This document shows, one piece after another, positions 38,725-52,165 of a DNA stretch of 64,000 bases. Position numbers and translations under genes: made by a program. This DNA comes from Fistulifera solaris (taxonomy: Eukaryota): contig AP026125.1 in the NCBI GenBank assembly GCA_030295235.1, positions 248,001 to 312,000 on the forward strand. The letters run 5' to 3'. The number at the start of each line of letters is the position of its first letter. Position 1 is the stretch's first letter. The notes beneath the pieces were generated by a model, which worked only from the letters and a program-made list of their open reading frames with translations, was not told the DNA's origin and did no database searches.

Positions 38725-39324
38725 GTTTTACTCCTAATATGTTTTAAAAACGGATGTATCGTGTCTTTCAAAACAATCCACTCGATGTTGTGCTGCTTAT
38801 CGAAAAACCTGGATGCAGTCACCGTCACCGAGCTTGCAGTGAGCCCGCGATGGAAGCAGGAATTCCATGATATTTCCTTTCAGGTTTTCGCAGGTTTCCG
38901 TGAAATTCCTCTTGTACTTTACGAACCAGATTGAATACATCACTTTCTGTTAAGAAGTACTGATTTCATCTTCGGTGACATCTCACATTTATTTAGCGCC
39001 ACAGTAAGGGGCACGGTCGAAGGGTCAGGCCAGACGTCACCTCTGAAAAAGGATCACGATTTTTAGATAACGAAGTCAAGCTAACGGGCACCTTTTTTTG
39101 TACATAAGTCCTAAACTAATTAACACAACGGAAAAGCCAACAGATGCTAGACCTTAACTACATATACGAGGATGAATAACCAACATAAAATATAAGTCTT
39201 TACTGCATGCTTCACTTTTTCAACAAGAGCAAAACAGCAGCAACAACAACACGAAAGCAAGGATCATGGACAACGTCAAACGTCGATGACAAATACATGA
39301 CAAGGAAATTGCATCATATCAGAC

Positions 39325-42079
39325 ATGAGCAATAAGACATCCTCACCGCTGACGGGAGAACGACCCGGACATTTAACCCCAATCACCATACCGCTGTTAC
39401 GAGGACCCGACGAGAAGGAGAATGTCAACGACGGAGCACGGAATGAACAGGCTATCAATGCATCTCCCAACCAACCGCTGAAGGCGTTACAACCCTTTCA
39501 ACTAACAGCTCCTCGAGGCTCATGCAACCGCCTTCTTCCACGACCACATCTCCGAGATTCCCACTCGCCCGCGACGGCATTACCACCCTTGCAGCAAACA
39601 AAGAGGAACACTCCACCAACCAGGGGAAAATGGAGCGGCAACAATATACTGAGGCCAGGAGAGAGTCTGGAGTCTTTCTTCGGGATTGATCAAGCATCCA
39701 CCGACGAATACCGCCAGCTTTGTCGAGCTATCTCAAATGGTATCGAAGATAACGCGAAAACATGGCACCGAGTTTTGCAATTAGCTTCGCAGCGAGCAGC
39801 GAATGACCGTTCTTGGTTCTCTAATGGTAAATCTCATTGTAAATTCAGTTCAAACGTTTGCCCTGTCAGACCTCACACCTTTCAGGAGTTCATTTGATTC
39901 GATTACACCGAAGAGCAACTTCTCGACTAGCAGATGCAACATTAGATGAAGCCAAATTAGTATCCGCCATCTGGTTATCGTATGCGCAAGCGTTGGCTCG
40001 TTATGGGTCGGAGAAAGATGCACGGGTGATGTTTCAGTATATTCAAAACCAGCGTCTGTGTGAGTCGGACGCAAATCTCTATGTTGCCTTATCGGAGTTG
40101 GAGGAGAAATCAGGGAATGATTCGGAGGCAAGAGCTTCACTGCAGCAAGGATTGGAAAAAGATGCCCAGCCTGTATCGATTTTGAGAGAAGCGCTGCAAA
40201 AACTGGATTCAAAGGCGACCATACGAGAGAACTCTGCCAAGGAAGAAAGCACAGAGCAAAGTCCTAAGAAACGACGGAAGTTAAATGCAGATGCAATCAC
40301 TCCAAATCCTTTGTCACTATCTTTTGAAGCGAAGGAAGTTGATTCGCGCAATTTGGTCAGCTCAACCGTATCCTCGATTGCTCAGAAGAAAGAATCACTG
40401 AGCTTTCAACTGAGGCTTGCACCGAAACCATGCAATACCTTTACTTCAGATGACTCTACTCCTCCAAAATCCAACCTCCAATCACGATTGCAGTCAACTA
40501 CAGACCCTTCAGAATCGACTTCTAGTAGTGGTTCCAAGAATAGTGCACAGAAGGCCGAAAATGAAGCGCAACAACACGGTTCAGGAGTGAAGTCCCAATG
40601 TCTACGTTACAACGGTATCTTTTCTACAGTTCGTTCCTCGCGACCGCCACTTCTTTCCAAGACACCGCTCCCTCTAAAAACACCTCTTATAAGCCGTGGA
40701 TCCCTGGGGAAGCCTGTACGTGTCGACCCCTCCACTGCTTTCTTGGCAAATATTGATACGGACGACGAGGATGGTAGCCTCCATGATGAGGCGTCGAAAC
40801 AAGAGAGTGAAACCAATACAGAGAAGAAGGAAAAGACGAAAGCTTCAAAGATAACGAAAATGGATCTTAGTTATATGTGGGCATGGGACCCCGACAAGAA
40901 GCCAAGCAAGGATGGAAAGATTGCCGAGAGAACAAACGAGCATCTTCCCCCTTCGGCCCAAGGGATGGATTGTCTTTCTGGAGACTCCAGTAATTCAGGC
41001 CAGCATGCTTCCGACACTGCAAAAGCTGCGGAAACTACGAAATCTTCGGACGAGAATCAGTTGAAGTTCACAGAAGAGGAATCCAAGGATAAAGGTCAAA
41101 GCAACGATGAATTTCTCCCACTCGTTAAAGAAAGCAATATGATACGAGTCAATAGTGTTCCATACGCCAAACTCGGCGTTATTGGGCGGGGTGGTTCCTG
41201 TAAAGTTTACCGCGCACTTTCTACGAACTGCAACGTCATTGCAATAAAGAAAGTGAAGCTTGACGGAATGGACAAAAAAGCCATTGACGGTTACTCCAAC
41301 GAGATAGCATTACTGAAACGTCTACGAGGCAACCCTGCAATCATCCAAATGTTCGATAGTCAAGTAGATTTGGAGAGGAAATCTATTTTGTTGATAATGG
41401 AGCTCGGAGAGGTGGACTTGAATCACGTCCTCCAACAACAAGAGATTGCAATGGCAGCGAAGAGAGATCGCCGACAATTGAATCTCAACTTTATTCGCCT
41501 CACATGGCAGCAAATGCTCACAGCGGTTCACTCTATTCATGAAGAGCGCATCATACATGGTGATCTAAAACCAGCAAACTTTTTATTTGTTCGTGGAGCG
41601 CTCAAATTGATCGATTTCGGCATTGCCAAGGCGATTCAGAGCGAAGATACAACAAACATTTACCGTGAAAGTCAAATTGGGACTTTGAATTATATGTCAC
41701 CGGAAGCAATACTCGACACGGGATCGTCAAGTGGTCGACTTCAGATGAAACTGGGCAGGGTAAGTGAAGTTGAAGAAACGCATCGTCGAATAAAAGTGGT
41801 TGCAGCCCCTCACATTGTTTCTAATCAGGCTTCTGATATTTGGTCCCTCGGCTGTATCCTATACCAAATGGTTTATGGTAAAACCCCTTTGCAGATTTAC
41901 ATATGATCCAAAAGCTACAAGCGATAATAAACCCAAACCACAAGATAGCTTTTCCCGGAGACATGGACGAATGCGCCATTGATGCCATCAAACAGTGTCT
42001 CCAACGCAACGCACAAGACCGACCTCCTATCATCGGAGACAATGGCCTATTGAACCATCATAAATTCTTAAACGGTTAA
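39325..42079 (+). CDS. MPS1: Mps1/TTK spindle-checkpoint kinase; introns 39827-39885 and 41760-41828; frameshift near 41885
   Basis: N-terminal TPR-like region; IGRGGSCKVY, AIKKV, HGDLKPANFLFV..LKLIDFGIAKAIQ..TTNIYRESQIGTLNYMSPEA; LGR|ASDIWSLGCILYQMVYGKTP. Confidence 0.92.
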
Positions 42080-42408
42080 AGCGTCTCATTTGGGAATTTC
42101 TCTTCTAGTTTAGGCCTTAGCTCTAACATTTATTGCGGTCAGTCATCTTCGTCCTTTGTGACATCAAAAAGTACCGAGAAAGGAACCTCATTCGTAGAAA
42201 TAAACCGTGTTATCATCAATGTAATTTTGTTAATTAAACAAAGATCTTTTTCACTTAAGCTTTGAGACTTATCTAGGTACCGGATCAGAACCGGTGCGGG
42301 TGATCAGTGGTTTTGCCATCAAACTTTCATGATCACTTTTTGGCGACGACACATTTCTCACTTCCTGTCGACATGAGCACTCATTAAGGCCTCAAAAATT
42401 TGCCAACC

Positions 42409-45096
42409 ATGACAAGCAAAGCTAGAATTTCCTTCTTAGCTCGATCAAAAGCGGTTTATCGACTGCATCGTCAATCAAATCTAATAGGAGCGGGAAAAGC
42501 ACCAGTGGTAGGCCCGATGCTCCGGTATCGCGCTCGAAAAGCGGCTTGTCGGCTGCTTCGGAAAAATCTGGACGGAGCGCGAAAGGTTCAAGAGGAAGGA
42601 TTACGGGGCAGAGCTCATCGAGTGGTGTCAGAGCAGTTAACAGCAGAAGCAATAGCATCGAGTCCATCCGTTCGTACGAGACTTCTGATCGACAGGAGGG
42701 CCCTTCCTTAGATTCGTGGTGGAGGTATTTGTCGGAGCTGCCTTTCGACGAAAGCAGCGACGGAGACTGTGAAGTGGCGACATTTTCGCCACCAGTATCT
42801 CCATCGACGTGGTGGGAAATGAGAATAGAAGACAGTCCTACGAATGAAGTCGACCCCTTCGAATTGCAGGCAGCAAGCTTCGAAGAATCGGTGAGCTACA
42901 AACGAAGCTCTTCTCAAAGTTTTACCAAGCCATCTGTTAAGAGAACAGATAGCAGGAGAGCAGATACAAGGAGAGCTGATACGAGAAGAGCAGTTGCGAG
43001 GCCAGTGGCAAGGAAACCCACGAAAAGAAAAAGGCACCCGATCAGAAGACATAAGTCATCGAACTCGGGTTTCTACAACTCCCCATATCCCGGTATTCCA
43101 AGCCAGCAAACAGGAACAGCAATTGATGAGATATGTAAGGGGGGTACAGCGATCCTGGATCTTCTGGAAAGAATGTTTGCCCTTCAGATTTCGTTGACTC
43201 TCCGACTATGCGCCGACTTGAAAGCAACACCATCTTATGGGACTTACAGAACAAAATCGATGGAGTTGATCATAAAGCTCTTCTCAAGATTCTCAATAAG
43301 AAGAGGCACCGTGATCTCGAGGAAAGGGGAGTGAGCTCCGATGATTTCAGTGCAAGTAGTGAGTCGTGTCCGCCCAGCCCAGTCTCTTTTTCTGATGTCA
43401 AGAACATTATCTCAGACCTGGAGAACGACTCATTGCATGCAAAGAACAACCAATTGAATGAGTTTTTGCCACCGGATACGATGTTCCAACGCATGAGCCT
43501 AGGCTCGACGAATGAGGACTGTGCCGCATTTGCTGCTACTACTAAAGTCGTCCGAAATCGAAAAAGCGAAAGCGAAAATAGAAAAGCTTTCAGATCGCAC
43601 AACCATCAAGACCGACATCAACAGTCGAAGCAATCAATGCATGAACCCTTCTTTGCAATAACGAATATCACAGAGCATGAAAAGCCGTTCCTTCCACCTT
43701 CGGAATTGAAAACAAGAATTATGTACGCGACGAATTCCAATGAAATTGTCCCTGCAATGGTTAATGCTAAGAGTCAAGAAGGACTAGAGCATTTCGATCA
43801 CATGAGCACGCTTACTGAGGAGAGAAATCCGTTTATTTTTCCTCATTTGCACGAGACTCGTAGTTGCGTACCATCGATGCGAAAACTGATGATGAAGATT
43901 CGAAGTGGGCGATCCACCTCCTCCATGTCCTCCGCCAAACTCCTCGGTCAGCAAAGTACTGCAGAAACCGAAACGCCCTCTGAATTGGTCAACTATGTAT
44001 ACGGCTACGAAACCGCCAATCATGCCTACGTTGCCTTTTTTAGAGCGGGGCGGCTCGGAGTTCGTCAAAATGTACGAACATCCGGCACCACCGTCCTTCG
44101 AAAAGATGAGTTCCGAAGTGTTAGTCATGGTCGATGTGTCGACCGTATCCCCGTCCGATGGCTGTATTCGACGAGGAGAGTGGTGGGGAGAGGGTTCGCG
44201 GACTCCGTTGACACTCCCCATCATCCTGGGTTCCGCCTTTGTCGGAACCATCGAGTCCGAAGGAAATCGACAGTTCCAAAAAGGTGATCGTGTTCTCTCT
44301 CTGGTCCGAGCCGGGGCCAATTCGCGACACATTATTACCGATAGCGAACGTCTTATCAAAGTAGTGTATGATGATGTGCACAACGACATGCTCGCGTGTT
44401 TACCGGAAATCTATTTGAGTGCCTTCCAATGTCTGCATTACGGCCAAACCCGTCGATACCGCAAACATGCCCTCTGCAAAAGAATATTTTGATCTTGGCG
44501 GTGTTTCGACCATCCGTCGGGCGTTGGTCGAAGTGGCGAAAGCGGCGGGAGCGGATGCCATTTACGTCACGGGACGCGAAAAAGAGTTCAGTGCCATTGC
44601 CAGTGTCGGTGGTCTCCCACTGAGTAAAGATCCGCGTCACTGGCTGTCCATCTTGATGGGAAAGATGGATCTCGTGATTGGTTTGGAGGATCCGTACGGG
44701 ACACCCCAATTGAAATACGAACACATCAAGGCACTGCATTCGAATGGCAAAGTGGTGGTGCTGGGTGGACCCAATCCCGAACAAGAAGTCATGGACTTGG
44801 ATCCCATCGATGGCACCCTAAAGCGTACGAAACGGAAACTGGTGCACTACAATGTCTTTGATTCCTGGGAAAGCAATCCCCGTCAAGCCAAAAACGATTT
44901 GTTGCATTTGGTCAAACTGGCGAATCACGGCGCATTGAAACCGGTCATTGCGGAAAAGATCCCACTCAACCAGGTGGCCCAAGCCCACGATGGTCTCGAT
45001 GCCCAATCAGGCTTTGTTCTTTGTGAACCGTGGATCATTGGTAAGAAAGCTCCTTCGGAGAATGGTGCATTTCCCACTAGTGAAGTTTTGTGGTAG
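42409..45096 (+). CDS. Medium-chain dehydrogenase/reductase (quinone oxidoreductase-like) with a long disordered N-terminus; multiple frameshifts
   Basis: EVLVMVDVSTVSPSD..LPIILGSAFVGTI..FQKGDRVLSL..GAN; LPEIYLSAFQCLH; LKPVIAEKIPLNQVAQAH. Spread across five consecutive ORFs. Confidence 0.7.
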
Positions 45097-45438
45097 AGTA
45101 ACCAATATATATTTATGTAAGATAAACGTTTTCAAGGCAAGTGCGATCTATACAAAGTAACCTTACTGGTACTGGAGTGAGTCGTCGGATTCATTCTTAC
45201 TTTCACGAACGGCGACGCCCGTCCTCCCATCCGCTTTCGGTTTGAAACTACCCGGAGTATTTTTTTTTTTTGACACTGCATTTCGAAAAATGATAGCATT
45301 GCATCGTTGCATTTCAATCGATGATAGTAAGCCTCCCTTGTTTCTTCTTAACTCTTTCAATGGCTTTTCTTTAAACATTCATGAAACGTTCTACTAATCC
45401 GACTTGCTGCGATCGATAGTTCTACGACGAGCCGGAAG

Positions 45439-47046
45439 ATGACTCATCCTTCCATGGAACGTGTCTTGTATCAATTGCATCATCAATTGTGTTCCTTCGC
45501 CTTGCAACATACGACGACCTGGGGACGAAAATGGGCGGAACGGTTGTTACTGGTGGCCTTTTTGACGGGTTGTACTGTGACGTTGCTTTTGCATGTCACC
45601 TTTGTGCATCGCGATACTACCACGTTGGATGGAAAACCGTTGCACAGTATTCCCTTGACATGCTTACGAAATATTCCGGGATTTTCAGATCAAATGGATG
45701 TCACGCATATTTCGCTGCGTTTGTGGGAAGATAATAATGACTCGATCGGTAGTTATGCTTATCAGTGGGGAGATGGAAACGCCACTTGCGACACAACAAC
45801 CATACCTCTTCCCTACTATTCGTACTCCAAAATTCAAGGATATCTATTACTGACACCGGAACTTTGTCACAACATTCGCGTCCAATCGGTTGTCATTGCT
45901 CGAAATGATCCCACGTGCTGGGGTCCGCCGTGGATGCAACACATTGTCTTTGCGGTGAAGGGACACGAGACCGTCATGATCAATTGGTTGCTGGGGACCT
46001 TTCATGGGCAAGGATTCTTGTACAATCCCCGCTCCAAGATATTATACGATTGGAGTCAATACTCCTTTGACTCGCAACTCTCTTCCAAAGTCGGTGTGGT
46101 GTTACAAACATGTTTTCTCTTCTTCATGGTCACCACCTTGGTGTCTTTCATTTTGAGGGAAACCCAAGAACGAATGTTGGCCTTCACCAATCAACTGCAA
46201 ACACGGGTACGACAAAGACGGCCCATTACGTCTTTGGTGGGTACGCATTTGGTAGAAAACCTCGTCTTTGTACCGGTCCTGGTGGGAATGATGTTTTTTC
46301 TCATTGAATTCTACCGGGGAGACAAGGTGGTGGCCTTTGTCGTGCTGAGTTTGATCTGGATCTGTGAAGCCTTTTCCATCATTAGTTTGCGATCGAAAGA
46401 GGGGATGCATTTCTTTCCGCGCATGTTCTTTTGGGAATTTTCGATTGTACACTTTTACATGTTCATGTTCCCCTTTGGCTACTCCTACATGGCGTTGGCG
46501 TCGACCGCGGTGTGCGTGATGCATTCGATGCTGTTTTTCTGGCATCGCTACGAGCTACCGGCCGTGGCGTTGGGTCATGTGACTTTGGAGCATCCGCGAA
46601 TGGGGACTATGATGAATTCGAACGGAACCAGCTCTTCTGACCCCTTTTGGTTCGACCACCATCATCGGCAAACATTGCGCCATCCCCAACCATTATCATC
46701 TCATCCGATCAGTGGACAATCTTCAAACAGTCTCGAACGTTTGTCTCGAGAAGGGAGCTCCATTTTTAATATTGCCGGTGACGACGATGATTCGGTTTCA
46801 TCCTACATGTACTTATTGAATGGAGAAGTGGTGGTGCACCGTCACCGATCATCACCGACCGCTCCCACAACCGCTTCAGAAGAGATCCGGTCGGAAGAAC
46901 GACGTGAAAGTAGTTTATCGACAGATCGTCCTTCTACTCCTCTTTCATCATCACCATCTCATGCACCGTCTTCTCCCGTCAGTACGATCGAAGCACGATC
47001 GAATGCCCCGACGCCTCGCGTCCACAACCGCACTCCTACAGAATGA
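45439..47046 (+). CDS. Membralin (TMEM259)-like ER membrane protein
   Basis: LLHVTFV, YSYSKIQGYLLL, VSFILRETQERM, VPVLVGMMFFLIEFY, FFPRMF, HSMLFFWHRYELPA. Confidence 0.85.
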   Translation: MTHPSMERVLYQLHHQLCSFALQHTTTWGRKWAERLLLVAFLTGCTVTLLLHVTFVHRDTTTLDGKPLHSIPLTCLRNIPGFSDQMDVTHISLRLWEDNNDSIGSYAYQWGDGNATCDTTTIPLPYYSYSKIQGYLLLTPELCHNIRVQSVVIARNDPTCWGPPWMQHIVFAVKGHETVMINWLLGTFHGQGFLYNPRSKILYDWSQYSFDSQLSSKVGVVLQTCFLFFMVTTLVSFILRETQERMLAFTNQLQTRVRQRRPITSLVGTHLVENLVFVPVLVGMMFFLIEFYRGDKVVAFVVLSLIWICEAFSIISLRSKEGMHFFPRMFFWEFSIVHFYMFMFPFGYSYMALASTAVCVMHSMLFFWHRYELPAVALGHVTLEHPRMGTMMNSNGTSSSDPFWFDHHHRQTLRHPQPLSSHPISGQSSNSLERLSREGSSIFNIAGDDDDSVSSYMYLLNGEVVVHRHRSSPTAPTTASEEIRSEERRESSLSTDRPSTPLSSSPSHAPSSPVSTIEARSNAPTPRVHNRTPTE

Positions 47047-47274
47047 ATGTGGATGCTATCATTCATAATTATTGTTCAAAAGTGGCAATCGTTGATAGAT
47101 CGATTCAAGCAATCATCTTATTGCCCGGTACCAATACAGAAAACCGCTTTCTTCGTCGGACAGTATCCATCTTTTACGATTCTGCAATCATACAAAATAT
47201 TTATGCAATTGATGCTGTATTTAATAATGATATAAATAGGCCTCTCTATTCTTACATACCAACTCTTCGCTCCA

Positions 47275-48377
47275 TCAAAAACTCGACACCGACTCAATGT
47301 TGGGACCTTCGTCGTGCGCCGATGTAAATTGTACCTCGTCCGTCATGATGATGTCGTCGTCCCACGCTTCCGCTTCGATTTGTTGCTGCAGCTTGTGCCG
47401 TCGTTCTTGTTCTTCTTTCGAGGCGGCAAAATGTGACGGCGCCAACACCGATTCCAGTTGGGGTGCTGCTACGGCAGGAAAATCGTCCATCCACGACGAT
47501 GTGAGCATATCTTTTGCACTTGCACACGGATCGGTTCTTCGGGACGGTAGTGACTGGGAACGGCCTCGGAAATGGTTTTGAGAATGGTGGAATCTCCCGC
47601 TTCGGTCTGCACCGTGAAACTTCCTTCACTGCGATCGTCACCGCCGCGAGGGAGGCGTGGACTCGGGGATCGGACTTCGGCCGTTTGCACCGAAACCGCT
47701 TCTTTCGTCGTTGATGTTGGAGGACCATAATACCGTGATATCAGTAAAGCCACCACCGCCACGACGGCCAACGTGGCCGCGACGGAAATCACAATAATGA
47801 TCACATCGTTTTCGTTATCGTCATCCTCGTCCGGCAACACAATGGCTTCATCATTCGGTCGATCCGCCAAAAAGACGGAAAATTCCACTTGACTCAGTGG
47901 CGCACTCCCGGCACCCCCACTTTGCAAGACGCCCGGCAACAAGAATTCGAGGGCATATTGCGTCCATTCTTCCAACAGGGCGGGAGATAAATCTTGTTTG
48001 AGGCCGGAAAATTGCGCCAAGCCTCCCAACGGAAACGACAAGGTGGTTTGATTGTTTTGAAATTGTCCCTCCATGTCCCTTAAGAACATATATTGCAAGG
48101 TGGCGTCTTGGAGTTGGGTTCGAAAATACGTTTCAATGACTCGGCTCAACACCCCAAACAAATCATCCAATTCCACGTCTTCGAGTGGTTCCGGTGTCGG
48201 GGCCAATACAAGGAAAAAGGGATTCATCATGATCCGAAAGGATCCTACAGTATCATCGAGTCGTCTTTGCTGTTGTGTTGTCGCCTGCGTGAAGGAGGCC
48301 CACAGGCTCATCAACAGGAACAGACCTGCGATTGAAGAGCGCTTCCTCCGTAACGATCTCATCGTTGCTGCTATCAT
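47275..48377 (-). CDS. Type I membrane protein with signal peptide and RRL motif; frameshift(s) in the cytosolic tail
   Basis: Signal peptide ..SFTQA, QQRRLDD, TM VIIIVISVAATLAVVAVVALLI; the tail continues in ORF 47275-47508. Confidence 0.7.
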
Positions 48378-48818
48378 TTTTCTGAAGTATGTATGAAGAA
48401 TAGCAATATCCTTTTAGGGTGCTTCAGTGTTATAGATTACTCGGTGCAGCATGTTATTGTCGAGGATCGCGCCAAATGAGTCTTGTATTTTCGGTGTTTG
48501 TGGGTCTTGAAGGTGCGCGGTGGAGAAAATGGAACGAGAAGCTTAAGTACAAAACGCCTATCGTATCAAACTACTGTTTACGCCATGACTTTCAGTGCCG
48601 CTTTTGAGTCCCACGAAGTAGACTGTGGACAGAAAAGTAGAAGTCGTTTTTCCAGAAGGACCGACTGCAGCGCGCCAGCGTGTGACTCGTGATCCATGAT
48701 ATTCATTCACGATATCGGAAGAAGAAAAAAAACTTGCGGAAAGATTTTTTATGCTCTTCGTTATTCGCCTCGTTGGCTATGTTCTTTCATAATTTCTGCC
48801 TTCCACCAGATTTGAATC

Positions 48819-50358
48819 ATGAGATACACTTCCACACGCGATCGAACTATTTCCTGTACGTTCGAAGAAGCAATCTGCTCTGGATACGCTCCGGATGGAG
48901 GTTTGTTTGTTCCGGAAGAACTCCCTGTAATTTCGGTCGCTACGCTCCAAGAATGGGCGAAACTCGATTTTGCGCAACTTGCTCAAACCGTATTGCGTCT
49001 CTTTGTGAGTGAATCCGAAGTCAGTGCGCCCGAATTGTCGAACATTGTGACCTACGAAGGCTTTGCCCCGGCAGTCGTCCCCCTCCAGCGCGTCGGATCG
49101 TTGTACGTGGCGGAATTGTTTCATGGACCCACTTTTTGTTTCAAAGATCTCGGTATGCGTGCCGTTGTGCGATTCTTGTCGCTGTTTGCGACGAAACGAC
49201 GTCAACACCGAACCTTGTTGGTCTCGACGACGGGAGATACGGGTCCGGCCGCGGTTCAGGCGGTGTCCGACGCCAAGAACCCATTTCTCACCCTTTTGGT
49301 GCATTATCCCGACGGACAAATCTCTTCGTTTCAACGGAAGCAATTGACCACGACCGATTCTCCCCAAGTTCATGTGGTAGCGTTTGAGGGTGGAGGGGAC
49401 GATATGGATCGTCCCATCAAGAACATGTTACAATCTCCGGGCAGTCACTGGACGGGTGTCAATTCGTACAACATTGGGCGGCCGTTGATGCAAATGATTC
49501 ATTACATCTGGACGTATCTTCGTGTCGCCGAACGAGAAGAATGGGAAATTGGAAAACAGAAACTCGATATCATACTGCCCACGGGTGCCATGGGAAATTT
49601 AGGTGAGTCGTTGAAAGGGATGAGAAAGGGACTTTTGTCTTGTGTGTGACGACTCATTATATCGCTTCATCGTTATAGCGGGTGGTTACATGGCCAAGAA
49701 AATGGGCATTCCTTTGGGAAAATTGTGTTCGGGGGTCAATGTCAATGATATCACGCACCGTGTCATGCAAACCGGAGCCTTTCACTCGAGTCCTTGCATG
49801 CTAAAAACGTTATCCGATGCCATCAACATTCAGATCCCTTACAATTTTGAACGAATTTTGTTTTATTTGACCGAACAAAATGATCGATTAGTTCGGGAAT
49901 GGATGACACAGGTCGATGCGACCCAGAAACTGGATTTGAGCACCGAATGGTTACAGCAATTACAACAAGACTTTGATTCGGCCCGCATCTCGGATGAAGA
50001 CATGTGCACGATCACTCGCCGAGTCTGGAACGAGCACCACTATTTGATGGATCCCCACACGGCCGTAGCTATGGGAGCGGCCGAAACACTGGGCTATTTT
50101 GGTAAGACCGCGGCGGTATTTGCGACCGCATCGCCCTGTAAATTTGAAGAGTCGGTCACGATGGCGGTGGGGAAGGACACGTGGGACCTGTTTGAACAAA
50201 GTGACCAGTTTCCAGCATCCGCGCGAGCCATGCTGTTCCAACCAGAGCGTCCACCCACCATCTACCGAAACAATCGATCGCTTTCGTTGTACGAGAATCA
50301 AAGGCAGTGGGAAGAACAAGCCCGACAAATTGTTGCCACGCTTGAGAATATGGCGTAA
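48819..50358 (+). CDS. Threonine synthase (THR4/THNSL2 type); intron 49603-49678
   Basis: MRYTSTR, GYAPDGGLFVP, PLP-lysine motif ELFHGPTFCFKD, STTGDTG, NSYNIGR, PTGAMGN, DPHTAV, TASPCKF. Confidence 0.95.
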
Positions 50359-50446
50359 AAAGCTTTAATCGAAATATATACTCTTTGAAACCAACCAATA
50401 TTCCGTTATGTCAAAGCGTTATTTTTATTAGAAATAAGAACAATAG

Positions 50447-52165
50447 TTACACTTCCTTTTCGGAACCAGCGATAATTTGGTCCATGGAATAGTCGGATCG
50501 GCGACTCGATGCTCCCAGGAGTAATCTGGAATCACTTTTCTTGCGCAATGGAGGCAGCTCGGAACTTTGGCTTTTCGATGGTGGTGTTACCACTGCAGCT
50601 TGATATTCATTTTCTGTACTCGTATCATCCTCCGGATCCCAATCGAGTTCAAAATCACTGACATCATCCTTGACGGTGGCCTTGTCGTGGATCGTGCTGG
50701 GCACACTTGTGGAAGTGGGACAACACAAACCATCGTCAAAGAGGGGAGTATACGGACAGAGGGTCGGATTCCGCACTTTCGTGGCATTCATTTGTTTCCA
50801 CCACGATGTTCCGCAAATTTCTTTCTGCACGACCGTCGGCGTCGGATTGGAGGGAAGTTCTTCATCAAAGGGAATGCTGTTGGGTGTCGTGGGACGTGGT
50901 TTATTGCGAGGCGTCAATTCAGGTCGCGGTAACGACCGTTCTGTCGCGTGACGATATGTTTTGGGTGGAGTCTGTTTTTCCGGAGACGAACTGGCGGTCG
51001 TTGACAGTGTCTTATTGAGGTCATTGTTGTTCTTTTTGAGACTGATTTCCACCGCTTGTTCCAAATCACCTTCTTGGTTGGTAGTCTGTAAAGGAGCAAT
51101 CCCAATGAATCCGGAAGCATTGGAGGATTCGTCATCGTCCATGGGTGTAAAGCGGGCCTTGGTGGAGTTGCGTTCGCGTTTCTTGAAGACAAAAACTGCT
51201 AGCAATAACAGAGCCGCGAACCCCACCGCGACGGTAGTGAGCGGTACCGTCTTGTCGTTTTGCGATCGGATGGCAGGTTCATTGACGATCCCACTGGTTG
51301 TGGTGGGGACGCGTGTGGCTGTGGCAGTGGGAGGTGCGGCAATGGAAGGTGCCGCCACGGGTACGAGAGACGGCACTTGTGAGGTGATATCCGAAACCTT
51401 TGCGGTCGGTGCCGCCGATGGTGCCAGTGATGACACGAAGGTCGCAGAAATGCTCGGTTCGGTCGAGAGGACGAGTAGTGCAGACGGACTGACCGAAGGG
51501 GTTGCTACAGGAGTAAAAGATGGTACATCCGAGGGAGGATCGGACTCACTCGATGACGTTACTTCGGCGTATTGAATCGTCCCCAACGCGGGCAATGCGG
51601 CCCGCCACACCGTATCACACGTCTCGGAATAGGACGCTTCTTTGACACAATTCGCAATGGTCGCCGGTAAGGCATCCATTCCGTTGAACGAAAAGACTCC
51701 ACCATTGATGAGCACTTCCTGTTCATCATTCACACACACGGCTCCTCCTAAACCGATATAGGCGGCATCAATGTTACATCGTTCCCGACTGTACACACGC
51801 AAACAATCTTCCATGCCATCTCGCAACGATTGGGCCGTTGTGGAGGTACAAGGGGCGCCCGTAAATTGCAAGACGAACGGATCAAAGACCACGCGGTACG
51901 AAGTTTGTTGCAAGTCTCGTGTTGTTGTTGTAGTAGTCATTGTAGTTTTAGCGTGCTTCGCGTCCTGTCGGGTTGTCATGGTGAAACGGCAACTGTATTG
52001 TTGTTCCGTCTCAAACAAATGTTCGAAGGGAGGAGAGGGAGTCTTGTAATCAATGAAGGAGAACTGCGCTTTCCTTCGTTTTGATTTTGGCAATGGACCT
52101 GTTTGGTAAATAGCCGCGACGGCGAAAAGAGAGGTGCACGAAACGGCACGAAACGAGACTTCCAA
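50447..52165 (-). CDS. Type I membrane protein with RDL motif and Pro/Ser/Thr-rich stalk (start uncertain)
   Basis: 572-aa ORF; PSxxPS-type repeats; TM VAVGFAALLLLAVFVF followed by KKRER. Confidence 0.7.
   Translation of the reverse strand: MEVSFRAVSCTSLFAVAAIYQTGPLPKSKRRKAQFSFIDYKTPSPPFEHLFETEQQYSCRFTMTTRQDAKHAKTTMTTTTTTRDLQQTSYRVVFDPFVLQFTGAPCTSTTAQSLRDGMEDCLRVYSRERCNIDAAYIGLGGAVCVNDEQEVLINGGVFSFNGMDALPATIANCVKEASYSETCDTVWRAALPALGTIQYAEVTSSSESDPPSDVPSFTPVATPSVSPSALLVLSTEPSISATFVSSLAPSAAPTAKVSDITSQVPSLVPVAAPSIAAPPTATATRVPTTTSGIVNEPAIRSQNDKTVPLTTVAVGFAALLLLAVFVFKKRERNSTKARFTPMDDDESSNASGFIGIAPLQTTNQEGDLEQAVEISLKKNNNDLNKTLSTTASSSPEKQTPPKTYRHATERSLPRPELTPRNKPRPTTPNSIPFDEELPSNPTPTVVQKEICGTSWWKQMNATKVRNPTLCPYTPLFDDGLCCPTSTSVPSTIHDKATVKDDVSDFELDWDPEDDTSTENEYQAAVVTPPSKSQSSELPPLRKKSDSRLLLGASSRRSDYSMDQIIAGSEKEV

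Noticed and set aside
42947..42991. Three 15-bp repeats (DSRRA/DTRRA)
   Set aside because: Ordinary minisatellite in a disordered coding region.
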